This document shows positions 28,001-40,500 of a stretch of 64,000 bases of DNA, in pieces; the first letter of the stretch is position 1, and each line of letters begins with the position of its first letter. The stretch is from Ylistrum balloti. Lineage: Eukaryota. The notes beneath the pieces were generated by a model. The model saw only the letters and a program-made list of their open reading frames with translations. It did not search any database and was not told the DNA's origin. The position numbers were made by a program, and so were the translations under genes. Location of the stretch: NCBI RefSeq assembly GCF_031769215.1, contig NW_026781869.1, positions 496,001 to 560,000 of the forward strand. The letters run 5' to 3'.

Positions 28001-28118
28001 TAAGACTCTTCTTTTAGTCTTCGTAATATCATCTACAAAACAAACTATGTATATGCGAAAAAAACAAGAAAATGACAACATGTCAAAACAATCAGCGTTC
28101 AAAATGCAACTTACCCAT
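7045..28118 (-). CDS. SLC5: SLC5 sodium:solute symporter gene A (sodium-coupled monocarboxylate/multivitamin transporter-like, SLC5A8/5A6/5A5 clade), 18 coding exons, 660 aa
   Basis: Hand-spliced; all introns are GT-AG, phases are consistent and the total of 1983 nt is in frame. Exons: 28118-28115 (ATG G), 25387-25316, 24432-24167, 23863-23795, 23420-23369, 22737-22670, 20362-20282, 19962-19889, 18945-18808, 14686-14551, 14414-14326, 13928-13816, 13426-13356, 12480-12394, 12180-11918, 11354-11254, 10763-10645, 7224-7045 (TGA). Family motifs: DYVVFAGM, EYLVGNR, YFELRY, GGLKAVVWTDVLQ, FDPDPTVRQTFW, NQATVQR, GCDPL, LFSASLSTISSG, GPLSGMF. The exact orthologue cannot be assigned without a tree, and the 4-nt exon 1 is the least certain part. 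Confidence 0.93.
8090..10614 (+). mobile_element. Degenerate, 3'-truncated DIRS/Ngaro-type (tyrosine-recombinase class) retrotransposon in the last intron of gene A
   Basis: Gag-like segments at 8353-9120 (KITDISHWTDAFLIFTSIY, CFDFNYKGNC..C.YSH.C..C). RT motifs at 9300-10000 (GFSNGFRIHYQGP, PIGLVPK, WRL..NLSYP, DIKSAF, DKCLPMGCSISC, YLDD at 9811). RNase H at 10054-10617 (LFTDSAG, ELVPILLA, VDNETLV, FKAIHV). Many stops and frameshifts. No tyrosine recombinase was found, and the left boundary is approximate. Confidence 0.85.
10795..10892. repeat. T-rich low-complexity tract in intron 16 of gene A
   Basis: Poly-T runs interrupted by single G. Confidence 0.85.
11608..11930. repeat. Tandem repeat, 46-bp unit (ccattgcacttccggatttaagcgtggattgtgtatattgctctta), about 7 copies, overlapping the exon 15 donor of gene A
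   Basis: Direct tandem repeats; the terminal unit coincides with the exon/intron junction at 11918/11917. Confidence 0.9.
14990..17800. repeat. Tandem minisatellite, 39-bp unit (gaggaggagattcacgactgtctaaccagggactttacc), about 70 copies, in intron 9 of gene A
   Basis: Highly homogeneous central units with divergent edge units. The flanks match a dispersed repeat at 54320-54770. Confidence 0.97.
20706..22243 (-). mobile_element. Full-length but frameshifted Tc1-family (DD34E) DNA transposon in intron 6 of gene A
   Basis: TIRs ctactcacaatttgatagggat (about 20709-20730) and atccctatcaaattgtgagtag (about 22220-22241), each next to TA. Transposase fragments across frames: MPRQQARRRL.., paired-like HTH (RQDRYL, TGTRISTQTVRNRLH), FTDESRF, VMVWGGIS, LMDDNA, LNPIEH, WTSIPQNRIRDLI..GRYTRY. 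Ends are uncertain by about 3 bp. Confidence 0.92.
24985..25170. mobile_element. Short dispersed repeat family X (probable 3' end of a Penelope-like element or a derived SINE)
   Basis: The motifs taccaacatg(g/t)caacataat and tttacacggagactcctgaaaagg...gagaataagaccaggtgttccggaagag recur at about 34065-34270 and 41310-41530, inverted at 37640-37830, and partially at 26330-26420 and 48700-48830. The class assignment is an inference. Confidence 0.55.
25610..26250 (-). mobile_element. Older, highly decayed Tc1 transposase fragment in intron 1 of gene A
   Basis: The reverse complement gives SIRVTTHRISTCLCNAG..AVQVPL, SDEFKVCL, DLNSIEHV*DM and NQIRDLIWGM, collinear with the Tc1 at 20706-22243. Confidence 0.65.
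26560..27420 (-). mobile_element. Decayed Penelope-like retroelement reverse transcriptase fragment
   Basis: The reverse complement gives LHWILKLHNN, GIPM..NCAP..FADLCLFSYETEFIKKL, KLEIKDTKDS..ASLLDL, GQLSTKLYDK.YDF and SQLI*YSR, matching Penelope-type RT motifs recalled from family knowledge. Confidence 0.72.
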
Positions 28119-30079
28119 GCTGAATCTTGTTTGATTTAAGATGATTCGGCAACATATATTTATTATTGAGGAAAAGACGGCCCTGATGTTATGTATATCA
28201 TTAGGATTCATGGACATGAAATCAATTGTGCATTTATCAGAATCTGTATGATGTACATATTCATAGCATGTTCGCGTACATCTCAGGGGTAATCTCGCAT
28301 AATGTGTAACACAGCAACTCAGTCGGGTTACATAAAGTAAAGGCGATGAAAGCCTAACCTAAATTCAGTTGTTTTATCAAGTCTAGGCATCAGTATTCTT
28401 CACAACAAGTATGGAATGTGAGAGAGAGCGGGTGAGGCACCGATAGTCAATACTCTGTTGTTGGACTCTCTATCCACTATCTATACTCCCCCCCTATCCC
28501 CGCCCCCGCCCCCTCTCTTAACTCTCTCTCCCAGGTCGATTTTATATTACCAGGTTTAATAAGCAATGGTCAAGTGATTAATTTTAGTGGACCATCTGGC
28601 AGTTTCATAAGCTATGGTCAAGAATTTTCCAAGTAGTGAAGTCACTGACCGAAGAAGTCTCCTCAGCAGTCATTTGAAATGCAGTAGGGAACAATGGCGT
28701 AGCATGTTCCGGTGCCGCCACCTTTCTTGTGTTGACGGTGGGTGAGCTCGGAATGACAGGTGGATCCGTGTGTTGTGTTGTGTGTCCATTGTTCAAGATC
28801 TCGTAACTAGGTGCAGTACTTCCGTCTCTTTTACCATACCTTAACATGGCTAACCAGTGCTTCCCCTCTTTACACGCTTACAGTAAATATAAATGAAAAG
28901 TGCAGCCCCAATACAGACTATTAGAGACAAGCTTATTAATACCGTTTTCCAACGAGGAAACGAGGAATCACGCCGTACAGACGGTAAATTATGTACCGTC
29001 TTAATCAAATTATTCATGGATGTTTGACTAACTCTTTAAGCTTGTCTGTTAATCGAGCATGGGCAATACAACACGGAGATGTGTCCATAATTGCACGCGT
29101 GGTATTTTCGCGAAGGTTTTTTTTTTTTTATAAAATCAATAGATGTTACCTGGTTATCTCTACTTTTACATACGACCGTAAAACGGAGTACTTTCTGCGT
29201 GGCTACAAGTAAAACACCTTAACTCAAATATTCTACTTTCAGTAGAACCGTATTCGGAGTGACAATACTTCGGCAATTTCGCTTCATTTTCTCTCGGATT
29301 TCGTAAGCAGTGATATTAAACATAACATAGCGGGAAATACTTGTCCTTTGAGATATATACAGAGTTACTGTTCTTGGCGAGTGAACAGTTTCTTGTGCAT
29401 GCAAGCCCGAGTTTGTTGAGTTTTCCGTCCGTTGTTCGCTATCGCTGAAAAATTAACTCTATTACTTTCGGCGAATTATAGTTGAAGTATTCATAAAAAT
29501 GTACAATTAATTTCTAATTTAAAAGCAAACGTCAAAAAAGGTTATCGTGAAGTCAGGAGATAGTCCGTGACTGTATACCGAGATTACGCCTTGCAGGGGT
29601 TCCCCTGGTTTCGCGTTATAACTTTTCTTTTTCTCAGCCAATCGCATATTACTTTTAAAATGACGTAGGACAATTATCCATCATCTTAGTATACCAACCA
29701 ATGAAATCGCTTTAATGAAACAAATGTCGTCATTTCGATCTAATTGAGAGTCGGGAAATTCCAACATAGGGAATTTCTTACCCCGGTATTTGTCACGACA
29801 AAGCCAGAGCTTCGCATGCTAAAATAAGAGCGCATATGAGTTTTGAATAATTTCTTGATATGAAAACAGTACACTTACTTCACAATAAACGAGAAAGAAC
29901 TTACGAATAACTTGAAACTGTGTCTCCGTCCGGGCGACGAATCCGGGAGTGTTAATATTTCACGATATGCTTAATCAAATTGGTTAGATATATCGGACTT
30001 TTAATATTAAAGTATTCCATATATTGATTGGTACAATGACTAGCTTCGTCGGAAATGAGCAGTGCTTACTGCGTATATT

Positions 30080-30290
30080 CTGAATCTATAGCGAACGTAC
30101 TTGCTTCTAGTTGATATTCGGCTACCAGTTGCATGCCTAAATGTTCTAGATAAAACATAACCCTTTGCATCGTTTGTTTTATTAATTTTGAAATACATCG
30201 AACAATAACTGACCCAGAACTCTTCACACTGTTCAGACCTTACTTTGTCGCAAATGTTATTGTTCTTGGGACACCTACTAGGCACTAGGC
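30080..30290 (-). mobile_element. Small Tc1 transposase HTH remnant
   Basis: FRHATGSRISTR..VRYR resembles FQNATGTRISTQTVRNR of the Tc1 at about 21700. Confidence 0.4.
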
Positions 30291-31501
30291 GTTAGGATAC
30301 ATATGTGGTTCGAAAATTAGTAAAATTGACTGTTTTATTTCATGTTACTGCGTCAGTCCGGTTAAAACAGCTCGTAATTAACGATTGTATGACAGTTTTA
30401 TACCAAGAGTTGTAGTTCTGACTGAGGCCATTCAATACAACAATAAAATGTTAGTATTCTTCTTTTATCCGGGTAATTTTTTTACAGCGATATTTCTATT
30501 GTTTACCGAGATAAAAAAAATTCCAATTTGTAATATTTCTTGTCAACCATATCACCATTCAATCGAATACAGTGTCATTATTTTCCTTCGTGCGACATCC
30601 ATGTCTGTCGAAATGACTCACCAAACTGTATTTGTGGAGTCTTTATTAAACGAAATATATATATATACATATAACATTTATAATAACATTTACATGTATT
30701 ATTGCATTGATAAATTCTATTAATAAAATCATTTTGATGAATTCCGTCTCATTATAGCAATACAAGACAACCATTCTGATTATTCTATTGAAATCAATTA
30801 ACATAGTTTGAAAGAAAAATAGAACCCCGGTTCTCAAACGTCAATAGTTGGTTCTCCTCCTCCTTTTGTGTATATATTAGATATTTTGAGTGCCTTGTCA
30901 AAATAATTCGTTGAGTCAAATATGAAGAAATAATACGAATGTCTCAAAAGGGGTAACGTGCTAAAGGAATCAATACATATACAAATTTCTGAAACAGCGC
31001 CCCCTACCGAAAGCGAGTCATCAACTTAACATTTCCAAAAATATAAGTGTAGTCCACCAAGACTTTTGAGACTTACTTTACCAGAGTTTCGGCATTGTTG
31101 AGCAATGGTTTTGTTGAAGCCAAAAGTGATGGACGACACAAACAAACGACACATTTTGCAAACGAATTTATTTGTTAATATATTACAAAAATCAATATAT
31201 GCGACACAATGGCATCAACTGTATGCATCAGTCTTGTCATTCTTCAAGATTTTAAAACGGAAGGACAAACCCAAATACAGATATTAGGAAAAAGAAATGC
31301 TTACCCAGAATCCTTTACTGCCCTCTTCAATTCTTATGTTTTGTATAATCATATATGTAATGCTGGTTGCTTTTGTATGCATTCATATGCGTGATATATA
31401 CTAATGTATTTGTATATTAAGTACATATTACCTATTCTAAATCTTTGCGATGTAATTGTTCATTGACATTATCATGGCCATCGTTTGAATTGATCTCCCG
31501 T

Positions 31502-34500
31502 CTAGAACATCTCCACTTCGACGTTCAGATTCTCAGCCAATTCAGATTGTTTCGTATCTTCCAATTGTTCTAGCCAGCGTTTTCTCTGGAATGAGTTAGT
31601 TGAAATATAAATATAATTTTGTTGCCATTTTGTTTTGATTATCAGTGTATTTGCATATTTTATAGAAAAAAAACTTACACTTCTTTTTACTATTTATGAC
31701 ATCAAAACATCTGAACAACTGAATAATTTCGTTCTTAAAGAAGTCTACACCAATAATTAATCTAAGACTGATTTAAAGTATTGTGAGTTCAGCAGTTATA
31801 CATACCAAAGAACAGGATCGTACGTCTTCATGAACTAATTAAATGATATTATACATTATTTTGAAAATACCTTTCCAAAATCTACTCCAAACTCCAGATA
31901 TTGACGAGCCTTCTTTGGCAGATACGGAAAGACTTGATCACCAAGAGGCAATATGTATCTCACGTCTACCTCCTCTGCCGATGGATGTCCTGAAATCATG
32001 TTTCGGTGATGTTTGATTTTATCCTTGACCAACGTCATTATCAACATGATGTTTAATAGGTAATATCCAACTTGTAGAATACGAACTGTCATTGAAAGGC
32101 TGCTTAAGCGATGCATTGACAGGAAAATCAGAGACAGAATAATTGCCTGGTCTATTTCATCTGATTAACCCGATGCAATGTGCTGTGTTCTACTTGTAGA
32201 GTACAGGTATGCACAAATGTTAACTTCCAACACCAAAAAACCTCTAAAGTCCTATATATCTAGTTGTAAACAGATCACCGTGAAACATACATGTCTTAAA
32301 CCTCCAGATGTAATTAGTCATCGCTAAAGATATCTGTATAAAACCGTAGTTTAACAGCTATGAATGGTCAATTGATGTTTTCGTAACGGAGGAAGTAGGT
32401 CAATGATTTTTTTCCAAACCACTGCGTGCAAATTTGAAAACACGATCCGTAAAATTTGTATGTTGATCGCATTGAACAACCGTGGACATCCAGTGTATAT
32501 TGACAAGGTTTATTATTGAAGAAGCTGGTGTCTACCTCAATGAACAACTATCGGGAGGCCTGCGGCATGCCTAAGGACACACTTACGTCCGATCAATTTC
32601 TCAGCTTACTGAGAAGCACAAACTGTCAAGGGTAGGAAGCATCAGACATCTGAGATATTCATCTACGATTACTGAGGCCGACGTTCTAGTTATGGCAGCA
32701 GTACACTCACTATGTACTCAATAAAAACATTCATAGTGGTTATATGTGGTCATGTTGCGAAGGATTTCCGAGTTGGAATTTGCTGGAACGTAAGTAGTTT
32801 GTAAACTGTCAATACTGCCAAGTATTGTTGATTTTTAAGCCATGTGCTCAGAAATAAATGTCTTCTAAAAAGGTGTAGTGTTAGGTTTGAATTAGTAGTG
32901 TTTTTGTATTTTTAGCATTTTTTTCAGTTGGTAACCATGACAATCACATGTCAGAAATCAGAGGATTTTTATATTTACACAAATATTATCTCTCTTTTAT
33001 TAAGGAAGTTGTTGTGTAGTTAATAAATATATATACATGTAATGATGCATTTTCTATAACTGCTATACCTGACTATCTCAAACATGACCAATAATTTCAG
33101 GAAAAATGCTACCTGCTACCTACGCGTCCGTCACCAACTTTCATGAAGGTTCTGTTTTGCCAAGCATATCATACTCATTATTGTTTTACAATATAGATAC
33201 AATGGCAGCTGTGACAGGTGTAAAAACGACTGAATTACTGATTTATTGATATTAAAATAAGCATACCAATTTTTGCAGAAGGGACATAACTTTATGATTA
33301 ATTGTACAAATGAACTAATTAATACCCATGTAAAACCTTATGAGGGTAGTTCTGTGCGAAAGGTCATACTGAAATCATCACACAAAGACAGTTATGCACG
33401 GTTGGAATGAGTGGGCGTAACTTGAGTGAATGAGGATTATATCAGTGAAATGTCGTTAAATGTTGTATTGAAAGCGTACGAGGAGTCGTCAGGGAAAGTC
33501 TACAATCAAAAACGCATTTTCGAATGAATATAATCAGATCCAAAAGCTAAACGAAGGTGCAAAACCTCAGAATTCAGATTATAATCAGATATAATCAATA
33601 TATATATATACGGAAATTTCGTGTTAGTTGTTAAGAAAAAAGTAGGAGGGGTTATCGCAAAGTCCTAGTTAACGACGGAAAGAACATCTTATCTCAGTAA
33701 ATCCCACTAAATTCGTTGAATGTGGTAAAATGATAATTTCGTAGGGCTTAATCAACCATTTCACCAATTTTCGTGTTTCTGAGAACCAATGTTCTGTCGA
33801 TTTATACGAAATTGCGCAAAAACAACATGCACTGGTTAAGGTTCATAAAGATATTCATGGTGCTATCTTGCGTTTCTTTATTATTAGATTGATATAAAAA
33901 TACTAATCATAATCACAACCCCAGGACGTACCTGTGATATAGCTTACAAAAGCACCGAGGGCGATAGCCATCACACACCCAATAGTACCAAACCATCGGA
34001 ACGAGACCGAATACAGCTTGTCCAGGCCTTGCCTTATTACGTGAAACAGAAACAGCAAGAAAACACCAACATGTCAACAGAATTATAATAAAAAGTCCAA
34101 TTCTATAAATAACAAAAAGACGATACCAACACGTCAACATAATCCAAACTCAAATTCAATACAACTAAAACAATATGGACAAAAGGACGATTTACATGGA
34201 GACGCCTGATAACGTACATTGAGAATAAGACCATATGTTCCATAAGAGCAAGCGTCTTCTGAGGAAAACTCATATGGTTGTGAAAGCGAAAAAGTACTAA
34301 TTCACGTCCCATTAAGAAACAATAAAAGTGTATACATCACAACTTCAGCATAAGACTATCAAAGCATTTATAATGAATCATTTTAGTGTTTGTGACTGCT
34401 TCACATACAAACTTAGATTAAAATTAATAGTCACTAGTGAGAATGTTACAAATGTATGCTTTCTCTTATAATGAAATCAGAAAAGTTCATAGCTTTTTGT

Positions 34501-37500
34501 GAATAAATGATAAAATAAATTTACGGCTCATATGCTGTGAAAACCTCCATTTCCTGGTTGTAAACAGCAATCCTCACAGATAAATTACTGGAAGAAAATA
34601 TCGTATCGTTGCTATTGGTAGACCAATTTCCAAAGCTTGTAGTGTTTGTGTATAATATTGACTCATCCAGACATTTATCTGTAGGGTTTGGAGGCAGCCA
34701 GGGCTGGCTTGGTGCAGACGTGAAGAAGTTTAATCCGAGAGATATCCACAAAACAAACATCATCGATAGTATTCCTCCGATAAGGAATCCCTTTAACAGA
34801 GAGAGAATTTACACGTTGATAACTTTACATGATAATAAAATCACATGTTCTATAAATGACGGAATTTGTACATGGTAAGATATAACTAAAACAAAGAAAT
34901 AGCTCTCAATAGAATTGTGTAGTTGTTGAAAGACTTGTACAGAAATAGTTCTTCATGTACACAATGTCGTAAAAGGAATTTATAATGGCAAGAATGATCC
35001 TTATTAAAGCAGAATTTCGTCTCTTCAATATAGGTTGAAAGCTGGTCATTCCAGACTTCTGTAATTATTGTGACCAAGCATTTCAGTTTCAAGAGCAGAA
35101 GTGAGACAAACCAGGTTCTGTCTGGTTGTGGTACTAGGATTGACCAAGTATGGCAGGTGTCGTCGATGAAGTAAGAGATGATTTCTACTCCGAAATCACT
35201 GGTCTAATATTTTTGTAATTGTTTAGGGATCGCTGAATAATACTTTCTTTGGTTGACATCATTGTATATTGCTTGTTGATTTAGAAAGACCTAAACCAGT
35301 CAAATAAATAATTCTTTGGGATTTCAATATAGGATATTGAATTTAATATTATAACCTGTGTACATACACGTGAACCGTTGTCACTTTTGATCGGCATAAT
35401 GACGGGCATGGAATGCTTAAATAGCTTAAATTCTATCAACAAGGCTTATCGTATTATTAACCTCAATGGACTGCACAAAGGAAAACAAATTCAAACAACA
35501 AGATTTATGTTAGAGCCATTGTTTTAAACACATGCAATTAGATAAAACCCATAGAATAGATACAGTAGAACCAAATCATGAAGTAAACTACATCATGCCG
35601 TTGCAAAGGTTCTACATTTGGTAAATCGCGCAAATTTAGGAGGTTACCGAGGACAATTGGTCAAAGAGAAATAAAAAATAAAAAGTTCATAGTAGTTGAC
35701 AGTGAATACATTTACCAATTGAATTGATTAAACTGAAATCAGCTTAAGATAACATTGCCAATATTTATGTATTGTGCCGAAAATGATTTTAATCCTACCT
35801 TTTTAGTAGCCCACGGGCAAAATATACTCAAGAGAAACATGCCAGAAAGTGGCCCGGCAAAACAGGTGAGGAATGAACCGCTTATCTGAGGAAAAAGGAA
35901 ATATATCCTTGGATTGTTATTTCGTTGGAATATGAATGGCAGCATGTACAATAAGAATTATCAGTTTTATAAATGTCCAATAGATATTTAAAAAGGAAAA
36001 TGAATTGATCTTTGATTGGTCGGTTGGCGAAGTGTTGTAATACATCCGCTTTCCACCTAGAAGACGTGAAAAGGTATGGTGTCACCTACCCGACCACGTA
36101 GGTTATCCCCGGGTACTGACGTGAAAAGGTATGGTGTCACCTACCCGACCACGTGGGTTATCCACAGGTACTCCGGTTTCCTCCTATATTAAGACTTGCG
36201 CACTTTCGAGCAAGCCAACAAGAGTGATCGATATAAGCTTAAAACTTGTATTGCAAGTACTGTAAAATAGTTGAAGCTATTATATCTTACATCTTGGACG
36301 TTGATATCGTAATCAGCTAATCAATTGTTTCCCCAAAGTATATAAACAAATGCCACAAAGAATTGAATAATGATTTCAAAGCATATGAAAGGAATATATA
36401 CCGTTTGAATGTCCATGTCTTTCCATGTTAAACTGTACGATTAATGGGTGAAACTTTAGCTTTGCTCTCACTTTGAGAACGTGACACTAATTTCAGTCAC
36501 CGACAGCTCCATATGATTTGTGAAATGTATGTGATGAATTACAATTAGATATCATAATTCAAGTTGTATGACTTTTTCATTGTGCTTATTTCAATAGTAA
36601 ATGTGAAATACTTGATGAGAAAACATGGTTATGTGGTATCAAGAAACAGACAGCAATTCTCACGCACAAATATCAAGATGACATTAGTTAAAGGCGTAAC
36701 TTCGTGTTTAGCGCAAATGCAGTAATTGATATAATGTATGCCGTGAAGACATCTGTTAATGGAGATAGGGGTAGGACATTTATACACATGTCTATTTTAC
36801 GTATAAGTACACTTGTTAGACCTTGCTCTATATTCTGATAATAAAGATGACTGTAGACATTGGTAAGTTATCATTCAATATATAACTACGCACTCACCTG
36901 ACTTAGTGATCCCGATACACTGGCTGTCAACGCCGTGATTGTTATAGAAAGCCCTCCATAGATTATAACTAAAATGTATGATTATTTCGTTACTGAACGA
37001 CATCAATTTTATATAAAAATCAAACAACAACTTCGTCAAAATGATGTACTTGATAAAGACAATGTCCAAGAAAACACATAGAATTAGGAAACTCCATACC
37101 TGATAGCTTTGCGATGGCTGTGGCTTTCCCGTCGGACAAATGCTTATACCGGGGTTTGATGAAATCTTCAACTGTCTGAGCGCTCAAACAACTTAGTCCT
37201 GATGAAATGGTACTGTAAGAGGCGAAATAAGATACATAAAAACAGGTTTTAATTATAAGACTTCTATTTGTTTGTATTGATTCTTAACATTCTCAAAAGT
37301 TTTAAAATATCTTTCAGTAATAATTCTGAATAAGATTTACGGAAAATAATAGGTTTTGATGTACGCTATTCAATACTTTGATGAAGCAATTTTACCTTAA
37401 AGAGGCACTGAACAAAGAAGCAAGAAACAGTCCAGCGAGTCCAGGAACTCCATGGAATAATCTCACCACCATATATGGTAGTAACTGATATAAGACAAAA

Positions 37501-40500
37501 CTAAATCAAAACTTTGAAATGATCTACCGTTACATTTTATGGTCGTAATTTCTTTGTGTGACATGAAGTTGGACATACTTGATACTCGTTAGTTTGCCTG
37601 TTCGTTTCGTTGTTGTATACCTTGTTCTCATTTGCGAACGTGACATCACTTAACTGGAATTGACCAAGGTTTACATGGCGGGTGAAACAGAAGACGCTTA
37701 TTCTTCCGAAACACCTGGACTCATTCTCCTATAACTTTTTCAGGAGTCTCCGTGTAAATCTTTCTTTTGCCATAGTTTTATAATTTTTATGTTTGAATTA
37801 TGATTATGTTGGCATTCTATTGATTTTTTTTATTGTAGCTTATACACAATCTCTATCACCAAATGTAATTTAACTATTCAGAGAACACCCTCATACACGC
37901 ATCTTGATTTTGACTTTTGATTTCTTTGGATTTGGTTGCCTCCTAGGCTTCAAATATTCGGCCCTTAGCATCACTGACGAATCCTAGAAGGACAAAACAG
38001 CTTACAGCTGTAGTTTAATTCTTTGTTTGACTTTATCTCAGTCTAAATTATGAAATGGTGTCATCACTTGTGTGTCTTTTGTACAATATTCTAACTATAG
38101 TCTAAGGTAATAGGTAGTTTCGAATCTAAAGCAATGCACTCCACCAAAACCTATATTTATTTTATTTTTTGTATCTTATCAATTATAGAAGAAAGAAATT
38201 TACCTGGTTGGCATTCCTGATAATTCCAGCCTCTACAGGATCACATCCTACTATGTTGAAGTACGCAAACATCACAAGTCCCTCAATGTTTACGATAATA
38301 CCAAATATGAGGAATACTGGTCCAGATAACCATAAAATTCTGGAAAAGGTAAAAAATCCCAGTTGCATTCATAACAAAGATAAAACCTTCCGTTAAATAA
38401 GCGAAGATATTAATTCTAACATAATTATAGATATATAAAACTATTTCAGTACCACAGAGAAAGAAAAAATCATCTGATTACTTTTTTTCAACATTTGTCA
38501 ATCGTGACAACTTGGTCGAAGTCATCTATCTTACATACAGCTAAAGATAGAGACATAGCCTGTAGCCGTCCTATAAATACACAAAAGCTCTATGATAAAC
38601 GTGCATTTATTCGAAGGCGACATGAATTTCATTCAGGAGAGTCACAGAGATAACAGATTGGATAGCAACAAGATTTAGAACATGTACGTATGATGAACAA
38701 TAGAATATAAAAGAAATCTTTATGAAATATATATACATGATATATCTTTAAAATGGATGTACTTGCCCTATGCAATAAAGACTGAAAATGTATATATAAC
38801 TTCTTATCTATTCATGCTGTCTGATGTTTATCTTTAGATCGCCAATTTGCAAATCTAATGAATTTTCAATCAACATTTATCACACTGTTATATGAATCTG
38901 GACGGGGATATTGAGTCAATGTGTCATCTCATGAAGACATCCTGTGGCATAGGAAAAACACTGTGTCATCTGATTATATCATGCTGTTATATAGATACAT
39001 TACTGTGTTCTCTGATTATATCATCCTGTTATATAGATACAGCATTGTGTTCTCTGATTATATCATCCTGTTAAATAGATACATCATTGTGTCCTCTGAT
39101 TATATCATCCTGTTATATAGATACATCATTCTGTACCTGAGGATTTACATTTCATATGTACCTGAGGATGTGTATTTTATATGTACCCGGGGATGTACAT
39201 TCTATATGTACCCGAGGATGTACATTCTATATGTTCCCGAGAATGTATATTCTATATGTATCCGAGGATGTACATTTTATATGTACCCGAGGATGTGTAT
39301 TTTAAATGTACCTGCGGATGTGTACATTCTATATGTACCCAAGGATGTACATTCTATATGTTCCCGAGGATGTATATTCTATATCTGATTATGGCATGTT
39401 CTTATATAAATACATTTTGAGTCCTCTGATTAAATCTTGCTGTTATATAAATACATCATTGTGTCCTCTGATTATATCATCCTGTTAAATAGATACATCA
39501 TTGTGTCCTCTGATTATATCATCCTGTTATATAAATACATCATTGTGTCCTCTGATTATATCATCCTGTTATATAGATACATCATTGTGTCCTCTGATTA
39601 TATCATCCTGTTAAATAGATAAATCAATATGAACTCTGATTACAGTTTTCTGTGTAGATAAATAATTGTGTACTCTAATTATATCAACTCCTTATAATTA
39701 TGAAGGAAAAAGATAGTTGGCAAGACGTGTTTTAAATGAGATATCAATTCCAGATTGGCCACATGTTACATAACATTTGTACCTGAGGATTTACATTTTA
39801 TATGCACCTGAGGATGTATATTTTATATGTACCTGAGGATGTATATTTTATATGTACCTGAGGATGTATATTTTATATGTACCCGAGGATGTACATTTTA
39901 TATGTACCTGAGGATGTATATTTTATATGTACCTGGGGATGTACATTTTATATGCACCTGAGGATGTATATTTTATATGTACCTGAGGATGTATATTTTA
40001 TATGTACCTGGGGATGTACATTTTATATGCACCTGAGGATGTATATTTTATATGTACCTGAGGATGTATATTTTATATGTACCTGAGGATGTATATTTTA
40101 TATGTACCTGAGGATGTGTATTTTATATGTACCTGAGGATGTATATTTTATATGTACCTGAGGATGTATATTTTATATGTACCTGAGGATGTATATTTTA
40201 TATGTACCTGAGGATGTGTATTTTATATGTACCTGAGGATGTGTATTTTATATGTACCCGAGGATGTACATTTTATATGTACCTGGGGATGTACATTTTA
40301 TATGTACGTGAGGATGTTCATTTTATATGTACCCGAGGATGTACATTCTATAAGTAACCTAGGATGTATATTCTACATGTACCCGATGATGTACGTTTTA
40401 TATGTATCCTAGGGCACAGGTCGAATTTGCCAATTTAAACCAAATGCAAAAAACTAATGACAGATAGATAATAAGTTGTATGTCCACGACTCTATCTGTT

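Noticed and set aside
28605-30000. Relatively GC-rich intergenic block with an 80-aa ORF between the two SLC5 genes
   Set aside because: It probably contains non-autonomous transposon sequence, but I could not identify TIRs, TSDs or protein motifs, so no call is made.
32400-32720. Possible additional plus-strand Tc1 remnant
   Set aside because: Only faint motif resemblance, too degraded to support by eye.
38892-40412. Multiple Tyr/Ile-rich ORFs
   Set aside because: They are translations of the 42-bp and 25-bp tandem repeats.
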